Assembly: GCA_038845975.1 (NCBI GenBank)
Contig: JAWBQF010000003.1
Coordinates: forward strand, 32,001 to 96,000
Direction of reading: 5' to 3'
Origin: Candidatus Methanomethylicia archaeon
GTDB lineage: Archaea; Thermoproteota; Methanomethylicia; CALHIW01
DNA: 64,000 nucleotides
This document shows, piece by piece, positions 31,307 to 42,780 of this stretch (positions are counted from its first letter, which is position 1; the number at the start of each line of letters is the position of its first letter). The notes beneath the pieces were generated by a model that saw only the letters and a program-made list of their open reading frames with translations, did no database searches and had not been told where the DNA came from. The translations under genes were made by a program, and so were the position numbers.

Positions 31307-31720
31307 GGGTCATCTGGAAAGCTCTTAGTAGTGTTATTATGCATGCTATTTGTATGAATGTTGATGCTAGTCTTTCATGTCTTATTGTTATTTTCTGAAT
31401 GATGTCATCTGCAAGAATCTTTTAACAGTGTTTCTCATATGCTTGTATGTCTTTCTATCAAGCCCATATGGTCTTCCACGCTTAGGTTTATGTCTCAGGT
31501 TAGTTTTTATATTGTTTTATTCCTCTACGCTTAAGATATGCTCTAATCCCTTGTATGCTAAGTCTCCTACAGCTTCTTTAGACTGCTTATAGGTCTATCT
31601 CTACCATGCTTAACTCTCACATCTTCTAATAGAGATATGAAGTGTTGGAATCATTCTCATTACCTGAGTACTTCTTCAAGCTCTTGTTTAAGCTCTACTT
31701 CATCCATAATTCAAAGTTAA
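31307..31720 (-). pseudogene. IS5-family transposase remnant
   Basis: Minus-strand fragments GDLAYK and YKHMRNTVKRF...FRK/ITIRHERLASTF.QIACII resemble the IS5 Y-(2)-R-(3)-E-R-F...RYE C-terminal signature. Confidence 0.65.
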
Positions 31721-32479
31721 CAAGAAGAAATTTAAGCTTACTGGAGCATAATGAAAACATTCTTCACACAATTTTAAGTGTATATATTAATGATTGCGTT
31801 TCCAAATCATAAACTTTCCATTTCGTAATTCTCTTACTATCCCCATCCTTCCTCTGCATGCTGAAGAAGTTCTTTATCTATGAGCTTGGATGAAGCAAGG
31901 CGAGGCTCTTCGTAATTTAGATAGTTGATTTGAAGAGTAAGCATTTCAAAAGCTGATGAAGAGACCTGAAATACAACTCATACCATTAAACAAATGATAG
32001 AAAACGTAATCACTTCTATTCTAAATGTGGCTGAGGCATTTGAACGAAAAAGCTAGAATTACCTGCTAAAATTGAGCGATGATACCCCATAAGGTTCTAA
32101 TTCAAGGGTTTAAATGAGGATGATAGCCTATTTCCCGGCACTTATGCTTGTGCTGCACGTCAGTTTGTAACGAAATTCCTTAATTTATCATAAATGTGTA
32201 TATAAACAAGGTGGTCTGAGGTTAGGTTATGGCCGAGTCAACATGAATAAACTATTTCGTTACAAGCTAGTGCCGAAGAATGTAAGCTTTATTATCCATT
32301 TATGTGAGGTTTTAAATTAACTAGGCTTTCATCAACCTTAAACTCGCATAGATCCATCTAATTTCCATCTAGCCATTTCAAAGTTGAACTCAACGTTATT
32401 GTGGGTTAGCTATCTATAAATCCCACAATGGCTATAATGATTGTGAGTTATAATATAGACTATTAGAGTCAAATTCTTT

Positions 32480-32983
32480 TCATGCTTTTCTTAAGGTTTT
32501 TCTCGTTTCCATTATCATCCTATCGATGTCTACAAGTCTTTTTTTAACGTCTTCAATATCTAGTTTTGCCTCGTGGAAACCCCATACGTGTAGATAGTTT
32601 GCTTGGGCCCAAGCATCATAGAACCATTTTCCAAGTTTATCACTAATTCTTGAAGTACTCTTCTCAAGCTCCGTAACAGTCCATCTGCCTCTCTCCCTAA
32701 CCTTCACTAATATATCTTCAAATTTAAAGTGTATTGCTAGAGCTTTAATGCATTCTTCTGCTGCTTTATAAAGTTTCTCGCTTGTCTGTACTGGATCTTT
32801 ATCTATAAGCTGTTTTCCTTCTTCAAGAAATCTTTCAGCAAGTTCAGCGTGAATTTCTAGGATACTCTGCGGATCTAGTTTAAGTTCTTTAATAATAGTA
32901 TCGATGACGTAAGCTTCAGGATCTACATTAAGTTCTTTAAGTTTGGAAGCAAGCTTTTCAGGTAGGATTATTTGAAGCGACAT
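32480..32983 (-). CDS. PaREP1-family protein
   Basis: DPVQTSEKLYKAAEECIKALA, GRWT and LHVWGFHE. Start taken at MSLQII. Confidence 0.9.
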   Translation of the reverse strand: MSLQIILPEKLASKLKELNVDPEAYVIDTIIKELKLDPQSILEIHAELAERFLEEGKQLIDKDPVQTSEKLYKAAEECIKALAIHFKFEDILVKVRERGRWTVTELEKSTSRISDKLGKWFYDAWAQANYLHVWGFHEAKLDIEDVKKRLVDIDRMIMETRKTLRKA

Positions 32984-33375
32984 AATATCACTGCCAGATA
33001 AAAGCCTAAGCAAGTTAATAAATATTGCTTAGCTTTCCCTGCCTTAAAGAGTAGTAGGATTTTTATCTTCTCCCCTACATGAAATTGACAAGAAACCCTA
33101 TGGTTGTGGGTGAATGCTACATAAATAACTGTGAGAATAGAGCATCAATACTAAATGGCTAAAATTCATATAGGAATATGTAAGGATAACATAAGTCTAT
33201 ACCTACAGTCCTCAACATGTAGAAGATTAAGGAGAATAAACCTAACATAAGCAATAATAGAACCTTAAAATAATCTACATATCAATAGCCGTAAAATCTT
33301 ATTAAGAATGAAATCTGACTTTAAGTTTTGAATAACAAATTATTTAAACCCATACTTAACTCTTAAAGTGGCTGT

Positions 33376-34065
33376 ATGTCCTTGCTGAGGAAAATCGTTG
33401 ATAGCTATATGCAGAAGGTTTCGGGCTTGAAAGAGCATTGTGATAGATGTCTTAGAACGGAGAGATGGGGAGGAAGCGTTGTTTTAATGATTGTAGATGC
33501 TGCCTTTACTTCAATTGGCTTAAACTATTTTACTGCTGTAGTTCCAAAGGTTGAGGAATTTAATAGAAAATTTGTTGAAAATGGAAGAATAAGGAATCTT
33601 AAGGATCTTAAAGAGGCAGACATAGACGAGTTGAGAAGCATATGGAGGAATAATAGATCGTGGATTATTGCTAAGGAAATTGCCTCTTATCTTTCAAGTT
33701 TAAGTGAAGATGATAAAGCAGCTATTAGAGCTTGGGCAGGAAATGCTAGTCTTGAAAAATGGAGAGAAGATCCTATTGGAAGGATTAAAGGAGTTGGATT
33801 AATTACCTTTCAATATCTTAGAATGATGGGAGGTATTGATACTGTTATGCCTGATAAAATAGTTAAAAGGGTTATAAATGAGATTTTAGTTAAAGCTAAA
33901 TTAGAGCCTGTTAACGATGATGTTGAGTTTATAAGGAAGGCTGAGGAGGTTGCGTTAAGATGTGGATATCGACCTATAGAGCTTTGCTGGATGACTTGGC
34001 TTATTCAGCCTGAGGGGAAAATGATGAGAATGGAGAAATATTTAAGCATCCTCTCAAAAATCTAG
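33376..34065 (+). CDS. HhH-GPD-like hypothetical protein
   Basis: IKGVGLITFQYLRMMGG.DTVMPD helix-hairpin-helix plus PD. Confidence 0.6.
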   Translation: MSLLRKIVDSYMQKVSGLKEHCDRCLRTERWGGSVVLMIVDAAFTSIGLNYFTAVVPKVEEFNRKFVENGRIRNLKDLKEADIDELRSIWRNNRSWIIAKEIASYLSSLSEDDKAAIRAWAGNASLEKWREDPIGRIKGVGLITFQYLRMMGGIDTVMPDKIVKRVINEILVKAKLEPVNDDVEFIRKAEEVALRCGYRPIELCWMTWLIQPEGKMMRMEKYLSILSKI

Positions 34066-34462
34066 ATTCAATGCGGAATTTCTATTACGGTCACAGTTAG
34101 CAACTCTTATTTCCTTAACTCTCCAATTTCTCCTTCAATTAGCTTTTTCCTTAATAGCTTTGCGTCCTTATCTTTGCTTTACCGCAAATAGTTGGAGACA
34201 GCTTATTCAGTATGATAGAGTCTTGTTTTGTCGGCTACGCTTATCTCGACTTTTCATCTAGAGTATAGTAGATATTAAATTACTTTACACATCCTCTTTA
34301 CAAGATATACATTCTATGTTTCTTAACTCTTACATTTAAGCACTGTAGAATACTTCATAGTAATAAGAAAAAACTAAAATTAGCCGTTAATACTGATAAT
34401 CTGGCAATACCTATTTTGCTAAGATATATTAATATGTAAATTAGGATTTAGTAGGTATCTAA

Positions 34463-35020
34463 ATGGTTAGTAAATGGTTTAACTATCTAGGGAAAACTAA
34501 ACCTATCTATACGATTGGGCATTCAAATAGGAGCTTTAATGATTTTATGAATTTGCTTATGAGAAATAATGTAAATGTATTGGTTGATATTAGAAGATAT
34601 CCCCATTCAAAACTAGCATGGTTTAGTAGAGATAATTTAAGTAAATTATCAAGTTATGGAGTTAAATATTACTCATTTCCTGAACTTGGAGCTTTAGGTA
34701 TTGCTAAGTATGTGAAGCCTCTTCAAGATATTAATTGTACGAGTTCACTGACATATAGATCATACATAACACATATACTTACGAGCCTAAACGCTAAATT
34801 CAGAATTAAAGAGATTATAAATATGGTGAATAATGACTTATCCATATGTTTAATGTGTTGCGAAAAGCTTCCATGGAGATGTCACAGGAGATTTCTAAGC
34901 GATTACTTTAAAGCTTTTAGATATGATGTTATTCATATCATTGATTTTAATAGGGTAATTATACATAAAGGAACTAGATGCTACAACTATATTAAGGATA
35001 AAATACCTATTACTCATTAA
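34463..35020 (+). CDS. DUF488-family protein
   Basis: IYTIGHSNR, LVDIRRYP.S and CLMCCE..PWRCHR. Confidence 0.9.
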   Translation: MVSKWFNYLGKTKPIYTIGHSNRSFNDFMNLLMRNNVNVLVDIRRYPHSKLAWFSRDNLSKLSSYGVKYYSFPELGALGIAKYVKPLQDINCTSSLTYRSYITHILTSLNAKFRIKEIINMVNNDLSICLMCCEKLPWRCHRRFLSDYFKAFRYDVIHIIDFNRVIIHKGTRCYNYIKDKIPITH

Positions 35021-35079
35021 AGCTTATTCATGTTTAAACTTCTTCATGAAGTTTTCCATATTAGCTTAGCTATACTAGT

Positions 35080-35919
35080 CTATGGTGAATGTTTAGATTG
35101 AAATTTTCTAAATTCTTCATTATCCATATGGTAGCTATGCTCATCTGTTGGGAATCTTCCTGACTTAACATCTTCACTATAGCTTTTTAATACGTTAAGA
35201 ATAACTTCGCTAAGATTAATGTATTGCTTAATAAACTTTGGCTTCTCCATCCACATTGTTAATCCAAGAATGTCTGTTACTACAAGAACCTGTCCATCAC
35301 AGTATGGACCGGAGCCAACACCTATAGTTGGTATACTTAGTTTCTCAGTAATAACCTTAGCTACTTCGGAAGCTACAAGCTCAAGTACAACTGCAAATAC
35401 CCCAGCCTTTTCAAGAGCTTCCGCATCCCTAATAACACGTTCCGCCGACTCTACATCCCTACCTTGAACTCTATACCCTCCAAGTAGAGCATAGCGTTGA
35501 GGAGTTAAGCCTATATGACCCATGACGGGAATACCTGCATTCACAATAGCTCTTACAATCTCCACTATTTCAGCTCCTCCCTCTACCTTAACGGCATCAC
35601 ATCCAGCCCTCATGAGTAAGCCAGCATTCCTTACAGCGTCTCTTATACTACTATAAGACATGAAGGGCATATCCCCGACAATAAAAGCCCTCTTAATTCC
35701 TTTAACCACAGCTTTTACATGGTGAAGCATATCTCTCATAGTTACAGGTAGTGTACTCGAATATCCGAGCATAACCATCCCTACAGAATCTCCTATAAGA
35801 ACAGCATCAATACCTGCCTGATCAACAAGTATAGCTGTAGGATAATCGTAAGCAGTAATCATCGTAATCTTTTCCCTATTCTTCTTCATATTTAGAAGTT
35901 GAGGTATAGTTACCTTCAT
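35080..35919 (-). CDS. panB: Ketopantoate hydroxymethyltransferase
   Basis: TAYD, GDS, DMPFMSY, KVEGG, HIGLTPQ and CDGQVLV. Confidence 0.96.
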   Translation of the reverse strand: MKVTIPQLLNMKKNREKITMITAYDYPTAILVDQAGIDAVLIGDSVGMVMLGYSSTLPVTMRDMLHHVKAVVKGIKRAFIVGDMPFMSYSSIRDAVRNAGLLMRAGCDAVKVEGGAEIVEIVRAIVNAGIPVMGHIGLTPQRYALLGGYRVQGRDVESAERVIRDAEALEKAGVFAVVLELVASEVAKVITEKLSIPTIGVGSGPYCDGQVLVVTDILGLTMWMEKPKFIKQYINLSEVILNVLKSYSEDVKSGRFPTDEHSYHMDNEEFRKFQSKHSP

Positions 35920-36053
35920 AAGACATCAATTACCAACTACTATTTAAGCCTTCTGCAGGTTAAAAGATAATTTTATGGAGCTTTCAATTATATGTTTACA
36001 TAATTAAAATTATATTTCTAACATGCTTTATAACTTAACAGTATTTTAACATT

Positions 36054-37091
36054 TTATCTGTTACGATTTAAGTATTCCCTAAGCCTTTGAGCTACTTCTT
36101 CAGGTAGTGTTTCAATTACACATTCACCATGCCATATTTCAAGTACGCCACCATAGGCTGTATAGTATGGTTTAAATAATGGTCTTGAAGCTATTCTTAA
36201 ATTTAACCTATAGTATTTTAAGCTATCCCCTATACCTGCGGAGAATGTTGAGATATTAAATGAGTTTACACCATCCTTCTTGTAGAATTTCAAGATTAGT
36301 GATATGAAATCAGCGAGGTCTCTTGCCTCCTGTTTACCTATATCTGTTAAGCTACATATATCTTTAAATATGAGCTGAATCTCCCTATTGGCTTGAGGAG
36401 CAAAACTAGCTATAGCGGCTATGGATCTATTCTCCCCAATCCATCTATCACCATTTCTTTCAGCTTCAATTAAATCAATCCAGTAGCATCTTCCATTCTT
36501 GTTGAAATACTCTCTACTCCTCTTTAAAAGAAGTTTCTGCTGTATTGTTGGTTTTCTATCAACTATTACCTGCGTATGTGGATGTATAATTGATGCGGCA
36601 GCTGATGGTAGGTGATTCCATAGCCATAATGGATATCTTACCCTGCCATGTCTTTTATTAACTCTCATAACATACTTTACACATGCAAGTATATTATCAA
36701 TAATCATTTCTGGTGTAAACTCATCCAGTTCTAGAAAGTGTTTACTAGTCATTACTGCAACAGCATGATGCTCAGCGAAAGGATAACGATTAGGGAAAAC
36801 ATAGTATCCATCCCTTATCCTACCATTCCTCCAAATATCTCTAGGGAATAAAGGTGTATTCCTCTCTATGTTCTCAGGACAGAAGGGGCAATTAACTCTT
36901 GTTTTCTCAATAAAGCCCATAACATCAACATTAGTTTCCACCTGCTTTAGTCTTAAAGCTCTCTTAACATTTATTCTACTACGTATTCCAGTTAAAGGAT
37001 CAAACCTATACTCTATGGTTTGAGCTTCAAGCCTAAATTCTGGAGGAGCATAGAGCTTTGCTTCTCTGAAATCCTTCTTAAATTTCACCAT
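36054..37091 (-). CDS. GalT-like nucleotidyltransferase (HIT superfamily)
   Basis: RFDPLTG, CPFC, FPNRYPF and ASIIHPHTQ. Confidence 0.85.
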   Translation of the reverse strand: MVKFKKDFREAKLYAPPEFRLEAQTIEYRFDPLTGIRSRINVKRALRLKQVETNVDVMGFIEKTRVNCPFCPENIERNTPLFPRDIWRNGRIRDGYYVFPNRYPFAEHHAVAVMTSKHFLELDEFTPEMIIDNILACVKYVMRVNKRHGRVRYPLWLWNHLPSAAASIIHPHTQVIVDRKPTIQQKLLLKRSREYFNKNGRCYWIDLIEAERNGDRWIGENRSIAAIASFAPQANREIQLIFKDICSLTDIGKQEARDLADFISLILKFYKKDGVNSFNISTFSAGIGDSLKYYRLNLRIASRPLFKPYYTAYGGVLEIWHGECVIETLPEEVAQRLREYLNRNR

Positions 37092-37137
37092 AATATATAC
37101 TCTCTTCCAAACTTATGAGTTTTACCCTATCAGTAAG

Positions 37138-37843
37138 GGCTTTGTTAACTTTAGATTTATTTGGGAGTTCTCTCCCTTATTTATGGTGAATTATGGTTAA
37201 AGTTGTTAGGTTTGTAGGGAGTGAACTCCATTTACTCTAGTTGTTTATTACTTATATATTTCCGTTCTTCTAGAATGGCTTCAGATATTTAGTTTATTGT
37301 TGTAGGAGTTATTCTATATTATCGTGGTTTATCTTAATCTTCTATTGATGGGAGGGATGTTAGGATTGTTATGGTTGATCTATTGTAAGTAGGTTTTAAG
37401 AGTAAGGTTATTTATGTTGCGTTTGAGCCATTATTGAGGAGGATTCTCTATGTATGGGTTTGTGATGTTGCAAATATACTTACATCACTAACATTCCTTA
37501 AAAGATTAGAGCTATTTATGGTTCAAATATAGTTGTATTAAGTGATGGTGCTCATTATTATAAAGCATCATGTAGAATATTAAAATTAAAACATGAATTG
37601 TATAGTTTAGAAGTTAGAATTAATGGAGAGAATAATACAATACATTAAGGATAGAACTAAGCTATTCGATAACTACATACCATGCATGAAGGATAGATGT
37701 GATGGTGAACATGTATTAATGCTTATAAAATCAATAATATACATACTAAACAAACATGGATTAACAGGAAAATAAAAGCTAAGGAATTCATAGAAACACA
37801 ATACCAAAATAGAGGTAATAAACATGCTTAAGTTAACAAAGCC
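37138..37843 (+). mobile_element. IS6-family element with a perfect 8-bp TSD
   Basis: Both TIRs intact; TCAGTAAG at 37130-37137 and 37844-37851. The transposase is frameshifted. Confidence 0.92.
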
Positions 37844-37919
37844 TCAGTAAGTTTATCATATGGTAAATTATAGTTTAATTAGTGTAAAGTTAATTAGTTA
37901 GATCTATTAATCTGTACTA

Positions 37920-38846
37920 ATGAAGTGTACAAAATGTAGGAGGAGGCAAGCAGTATATTTAAGATCTTATTCAGGTGAAATGCTTTGCAGGTTTTGCTTT
38001 AAACGTTCATTAGAAGTGAAGGTTAAAAACACAATATCAAAGTATAGGCTTCTAAGCCATAACGACTCTATTCTTATTGCTGTTTCAGGAGGTAAGGATT
38101 CGTTAACTCTACTTAAGACTTTATGGAGGATTGAGAGTAGAATTCCAAGTGTTACTTTAGCTGTATTAACAATTGATGAGGGAGCTACTAGAAGCTATAG
38201 AGCAGAGGGGTTGAAGTTATCTAGGAAGATATGTGAAGATCTTAAAATCCCTCACTACATAGTATCCTTTAAGGAATATGTTGGCTATACGCTAAAGGAG
38301 CTATGGAGTAGGATTCAGGAGAAGAAGCTGGAGCTACTACCATGCTCCTACTGTGGAGTTTTAAGAAGAAGAATAATGAATACATTTGCTAAAGACCACG
38401 GCTTTACAAAGATAGCTACAGGCCATAATCTTGATGATGAAGTTCAAACATTCATAATGAACATAATGAGAGGAGATTACAGTAAACTATTCCGTTTCGG
38501 GGCTTCAATGGAGGTTGTTCCAGGATTTATACCAAGAATAAAACCTCTCAGATATATACCGGAGAAAGAAATTGCTTTTTATGCTTTTCTTGAAGGATTT
38601 AAGCTCTATGAGACTGAATGTCCCTATGTTCATCTATCAATGCGTGACGAAATAAGGTTTATGTTAAATGATTTTGAACGTAGATATCCTGGAATTAAGT
38701 TTTCAATAATGTCAGTAATGGATAAACTGAGTAAACAATTCAGTAAGTTAAGCAAGACATACTTCAAAACTTGTATAAGTTGTGGAGAACCAACATCAAG
38801 AGATAAATGTAGAGTATGTGAAATCATGGATTTAGTAAGTACATGA
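37920..38846 (+). CDS. tRNA 2-thiouridine synthetase (TtuA/Ncs6 family)
   Basis: N- and C-terminal CxxC Zn fingers, SGGKDS PP-loop, CSYCGVLRR and TGHNLDD. Confidence 0.92.
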   Translation: MKCTKCRRRQAVYLRSYSGEMLCRFCFKRSLEVKVKNTISKYRLLSHNDSILIAVSGGKDSLTLLKTLWRIESRIPSVTLAVLTIDEGATRSYRAEGLKLSRKICEDLKIPHYIVSFKEYVGYTLKELWSRIQEKKLELLPCSYCGVLRRRIMNTFAKDHGFTKIATGHNLDDEVQTFIMNIMRGDYSKLFRFGASMEVVPGFIPRIKPLRYIPEKEIAFYAFLEGFKLYETECPYVHLSMRDEIRFMLNDFERRYPGIKFSIMSVMDKLSKQFSKLSKTYFKTCISCGEPTSRDKCRVCEIMDLVST

Positions 38847-39149
38847 GTAAAGTTAGTGATACAGTTTAAGCATTATAATTCTCATACCTGAAATTAAAAG
38901 CTTATTCAAGATTATATGAAGTCCCCATGTCTTCCATTCTGGTTCATGAATTAAATCAATTTAAGATGTATTGATTAGCTCCCATTCCACTGAGAGATAA
39001 AGTTAGAACTCTATATAAAGGTCTTCTTGAAGTGACTGTAAGCCAAGCCAATCACGAAGATGTATCCCATAAATGCTTAGTAAAGTTCTAAATAGGAAAG
39101 GGCAGGATGGGGAACTATAGTATTCAATGTATTACTTGCAAACCCATAG

Positions 39150-41327
39150 TTAACTTACTTTAGAATAACAAGAATAATGTTTGAAACTGTAAATCCATTC
39201 TGGTTGTTGTGGAGCTTCCTTATTCTTAATCATTTCCCTCCATGCTTCATCTGTTAATCTATCGTTCTGAGGCCATGTGAATTCGTAGTAGCTCATCGTT
39301 GAGCCTGCTGCTAAATATGTTTTACTGTTTTCAGTTATATATGTAACTATTACTATGTCGAAGTATCCTGTTCCCACTTCAAGCACCATACTACTATTTG
39401 GATCTGTAAAGACATCAGTTATTATTCTTGAATCCTTCACCCTCCCTACAAAGTCTCTAAATAAATCTCTTATTTGATCATGGTATGATTTTATTAGGTA
39501 TTCCTCGTCTTCACTCAGTTTCTCTCCATTTAACTCCTTAATGGATATGTTGATCAGTAGTCTAAGGATTTGAGATAGTTTACCTAGCTTTTCACCATAT
39601 ACATCATTAATGAGATTCAGATTCTTTAGCCCGGTTGATGTAGCATCTACAAGGTTTTTAAGTCTTGAGTATAGTAGAGGGTTAGGCTCAACATAGCCGT
39701 AATGTGGTGGTTTTGGCGGTAGGGCTACTTTTGCAGCATATGGTTGTTTAGCGTATAGTATTGTATCATGTCTTAGCTGAGTCCAGCTTGCTAGAGCTGT
39801 ACTTAGGCTTTTATCAAGCCATGCTTCAGTCCTCATGTAGCTTGGATATCCCTCCGGAACCGGGCTTAGTAAAGCTTTAATTGTGTAGAGCCAATTCATG
39901 TATAGTGTTTCAGTCCATTCTCTACCAGTAATGCTCTCTACAAACTTCTTCATTTCCTCAAGCTTTTCAGAGTATCCTTTATATTTTGCTTTTTCATCCT
40001 CAAGATATTTCTCAGCTCTTTCAGATCCTAGAGCAGCCATTATATCCATTCCCTTAACCATAAATCTATAAATGTTTGGATAGCATAGTGATTGATGTAT
40101 GTATCCATCTATAATAAACCTCTGACCCATAAATCTTAAGCCAGCTATTCTAACTCTTTCTTGAGGATATATTGGAACATTAACTATTCTGGATTTGTCA
40201 AGCTTAACAATTTCATCCTGGAATCTTGAAAGCTTATCTCCATCACTAATCATGTTTGGATTAAAGTTTAAACCATATATCTCCATAGCCTTCTCAATGT
40301 AATCGTATAGGGTTAAATCATCTGATTTTCCAATTATAAATGCTGTTGGAACATATATTTTCTCCCAAATACTTAAAGCAGTTTCCCCTGAAATTTTTGT
40401 TGTAAGTATTAGGTATGTTAGAATTAATGCTTGAGCAGTCTGTATCCTAGCAAGTTCAGGATTAAACGGATCAGAAGCTTCAAACCTCATTCTTCCAAGC
40501 CACATCATCGCCTTAAAATACCTCTTCAACGTGTCGTTAACCGTATAGTGTCCTCTAGGTTTATATTGAGTATAATCCTCAATATACTTGAATATTGGGC
40601 TTTCAGCCTCAGTATCCTCAGCCTTATCTATAAGCCTCAACTCCATATCAGCAATTCCTGAAACTTGTTTGGGAACTATATAGCTAGGATTTAGAAGCTT
40701 ATAGGCTACGGAAAGATATGCAAGATCTCTTTCAGCTGCCTCTCTTACAAGCATATTTTGAGTTAATGAATCAATTATCCTTAAAATCTCATCTATAAGT
40801 GATTTAAGAAGCTTCTCTAGCAATGGATAAAACCTATTTTGCTCCATATCTATTAAAAGCTGATTGAAGAATGCATGATAAATAAATAAAATAGAATCTG
40901 ATGAAATGTATATCGGTATACCTAAATCATGAATATACATATAGATGTCCAAGAGATCGTTAAAGGAGCTGCCTATAACAACAAAACCATTACTTTTAAG
41001 CTTCTCTATAGCTTCACTACTTAATTTAAGCTTACTGGAAACATCATTGAAATTCAATACTTTATCTAGATCTAGCGGTAACATGTATTGGGAAGCATTA
41101 CCATGAGAAACATGAACCTCAACTCCATTAATTCTAAAAGCAGAAAAACCCATAATAACAGGTGTAATGGTAATTGGGGATATTGTTAAAGATTTAGAGG
41201 TTATGGTGAGTGATGTATGAGATATTGGTGATTTAGAAGGTATCATAACCATTACTGCAACTATAGATATAATGATTACTATTACGATTACTAAGGCTAT
41301 AATTTTAGATATAGCATATGAAGTCAT
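39150..41327 (-). CDS. DUF3160-family membrane-anchored protein
   Basis: EDYTQYKPRGHY, YFKAMMWLGR, GQRF..D, SWTQLRHDTILYAKQ, GYVEP and RLTDE.W. Confidence 0.9.
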   Translation of the reverse strand: MTSYAISKIIALVIVIVIIISIVAVMVMIPSKSPISHTSLTITSKSLTISPITITPVIMGFSAFRINGVEVHVSHGNASQYMLPLDLDKVLNFNDVSSKLKLSSEAIEKLKSNGFVVIGSSFNDLLDIYMYIHDLGIPIYISSDSILFIYHAFFNQLLIDMEQNRFYPLLEKLLKSLIDEILRIIDSLTQNMLVREAAERDLAYLSVAYKLLNPSYIVPKQVSGIADMELRLIDKAEDTEAESPIFKYIEDYTQYKPRGHYTVNDTLKRYFKAMMWLGRMRFEASDPFNPELARIQTAQALILTYLILTTKISGETALSIWEKIYVPTAFIIGKSDDLTLYDYIEKAMEIYGLNFNPNMISDGDKLSRFQDEIVKLDKSRIVNVPIYPQERVRIAGLRFMGQRFIIDGYIHQSLCYPNIYRFMVKGMDIMAALGSERAEKYLEDEKAKYKGYSEKLEEMKKFVESITGREWTETLYMNWLYTIKALLSPVPEGYPSYMRTEAWLDKSLSTALASWTQLRHDTILYAKQPYAAKVALPPKPPHYGYVEPNPLLYSRLKNLVDATSTGLKNLNLINDVYGEKLGKLSQILRLLINISIKELNGEKLSEDEEYLIKSYHDQIRDLFRDFVGRVKDSRIITDVFTDPNSSMVLEVGTGYFDIVIVTYITENSKTYLAAGSTMSYYEFTWPQNDRLTDEAWREMIKNKEAPQQPEWIYSFKHYSCYSKVS

Positions 41328-41374
41328 AAGTTAAAATTCTATAAGCTTTAAATATTTAATGCACCAGTAATACG

Positions 41375-41470
41375 TTCTATGAATTTTAGCTTTATTTAAA
41401 TTTCTCTTATTTATGATGGTATGGTTAGGTTTATTAGGGAAAGAACCTATTTATTTTAGATGTTATCTAA
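41375..41470 (+). mobile_element. Short decayed IS6 left-end remnant
   Basis: ttagctttattt...cttatttatg...tagggaaagaac...attt resembles 37150-37240. Confidence 0.45.
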
Positions 41471-41514
41471 ATTATAAGGATAGTTCTATAACCATGGGAA
41501 AAAATGGGTTAATG

Positions 41515-41958
41515 TTATTCCATGCCCCATTTTTTGGTTATTTTCACTATTAGAAAGATTACAAAGGCCACTATAATAAATGTTATTATGGATACAAGGA
41601 AGTTTCCAATGCCAAATAGTTGTCCTGTCCAGTTTGGATCTATTGGGTTTCCTTGGGGGTCTAAGGCTGTTGGTGGAACAGCGATTCTTAAAGTGGATAG
41701 GTTTCCCAAGCCAGGAAGTGCTAACCCTATTAGTGGCATTAATATATCCTTGACAAGCGACTGTACAACTTGACCGACATAAACACCCATGATGAAAGCT
41801 ACAGCAAGCCCTAACACTTTATATTTAGAAATGAAGTCTATGAACTCATTCCATAGGCTTTTTTTGGGCGGTGGAGCAGGCTTAGGCTCTAATAGCATCT
41901 TTATATCCTTCAAAACCTTCAGAATCTCTTCACCCACATTTTCTTCTATCTTAGACAT
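41515..41958 (-). CDS. mscL: Large-conductance mechanosensitive channel
   Basis: EF..F..KY.V.GLAVAFIMG, SLVKDILMP and G.FL..IITFII. Confidence 0.9.
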   Translation of the reverse strand: MSKIEENVGEEILKVLKDIKMLLEPKPAPPPKKSLWNEFIDFISKYKVLGLAVAFIMGVYVGQVVQSLVKDILMPLIGLALPGLGNLSTLRIAVPPTALDPQGNPIDPNWTGQLFGIGNFLVSIITFIIVAFVIFLIVKITKKWGME

Positions 41959-42017
41959 GCAACATTCTCCTTTAAGAAATTATCACAAAATTATTTAAAC
42001 TTTTCTTCCTTATTTAT

Positions 42018-42731
42018 GGCTTTGTTAACTTTAGATTTATTTGGGAGTTCTCTCCCTTATTTATGGTGTTAGTATGTCTAAAGTTGTTAGATTTGTTAGG
42101 GAGAGAACTCCATTTACTCTAGTTGTTTATGGTGCTTATATATTATTCCCATTCATGTTCTTCTAGGATGGCTTCAGATATTCTAAGCTTATTGTTGTTA
42201 GGAGTTATTCTATATTATCATGGTTTATCTTAATCTTCTATTGATGGGAGGGATGTTAGGATTGTGGTTGATGATACTATTATTAGTGTGGGGTCTATGA
42301 GGAGGATTGTTTATGTTGCGTTTGAGCCATTGTTGAGGAGGATTCTATATGTATGGGTTTGCGATATTGCAACATACTTACATCACTAACATTCCTTAAA
42401 AGATTAAAACTACCTATGGTTCTAATATAGTTGTATTAAGTGATGGAGCTCATTATTATAAAGCATCATGTAAGATATTAAAATTAAACATTATATAGTT
42501 TAGAGGTTAGAATTAATGGATGGAATAATACAGTATGTTAAGGATAGAACTAAGCTATTCGATAATTATATACCGTGCATGAGGATAAATGCGGTAATGA
42601 GCATGCATTAATGCTTATGAAGTCAATAATATACATACTAAACAAACATGGATAAGGAAGATAAAAGCTAAGAATTCTAGAAACACAATAACAAAATAGA
42701 GGTAATAAAACATGATTAAGTTAACAAAGCC
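42018..42731 (+). mobile_element. IS6-family element, full length, frameshifted
   Basis: Both TIRs present; flanks do not form a TSD. Confidence 0.88.
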
Positions 42732-42780
42732 TGAGAAAGTATAGTAAAATTTATATTTAATTGATGAAATTTATATTGCT

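Noticed and set aside
31377-31592. 71-aa plus-strand ORF
   Set aside because: It is antisense to the IS5 transposase remnant.
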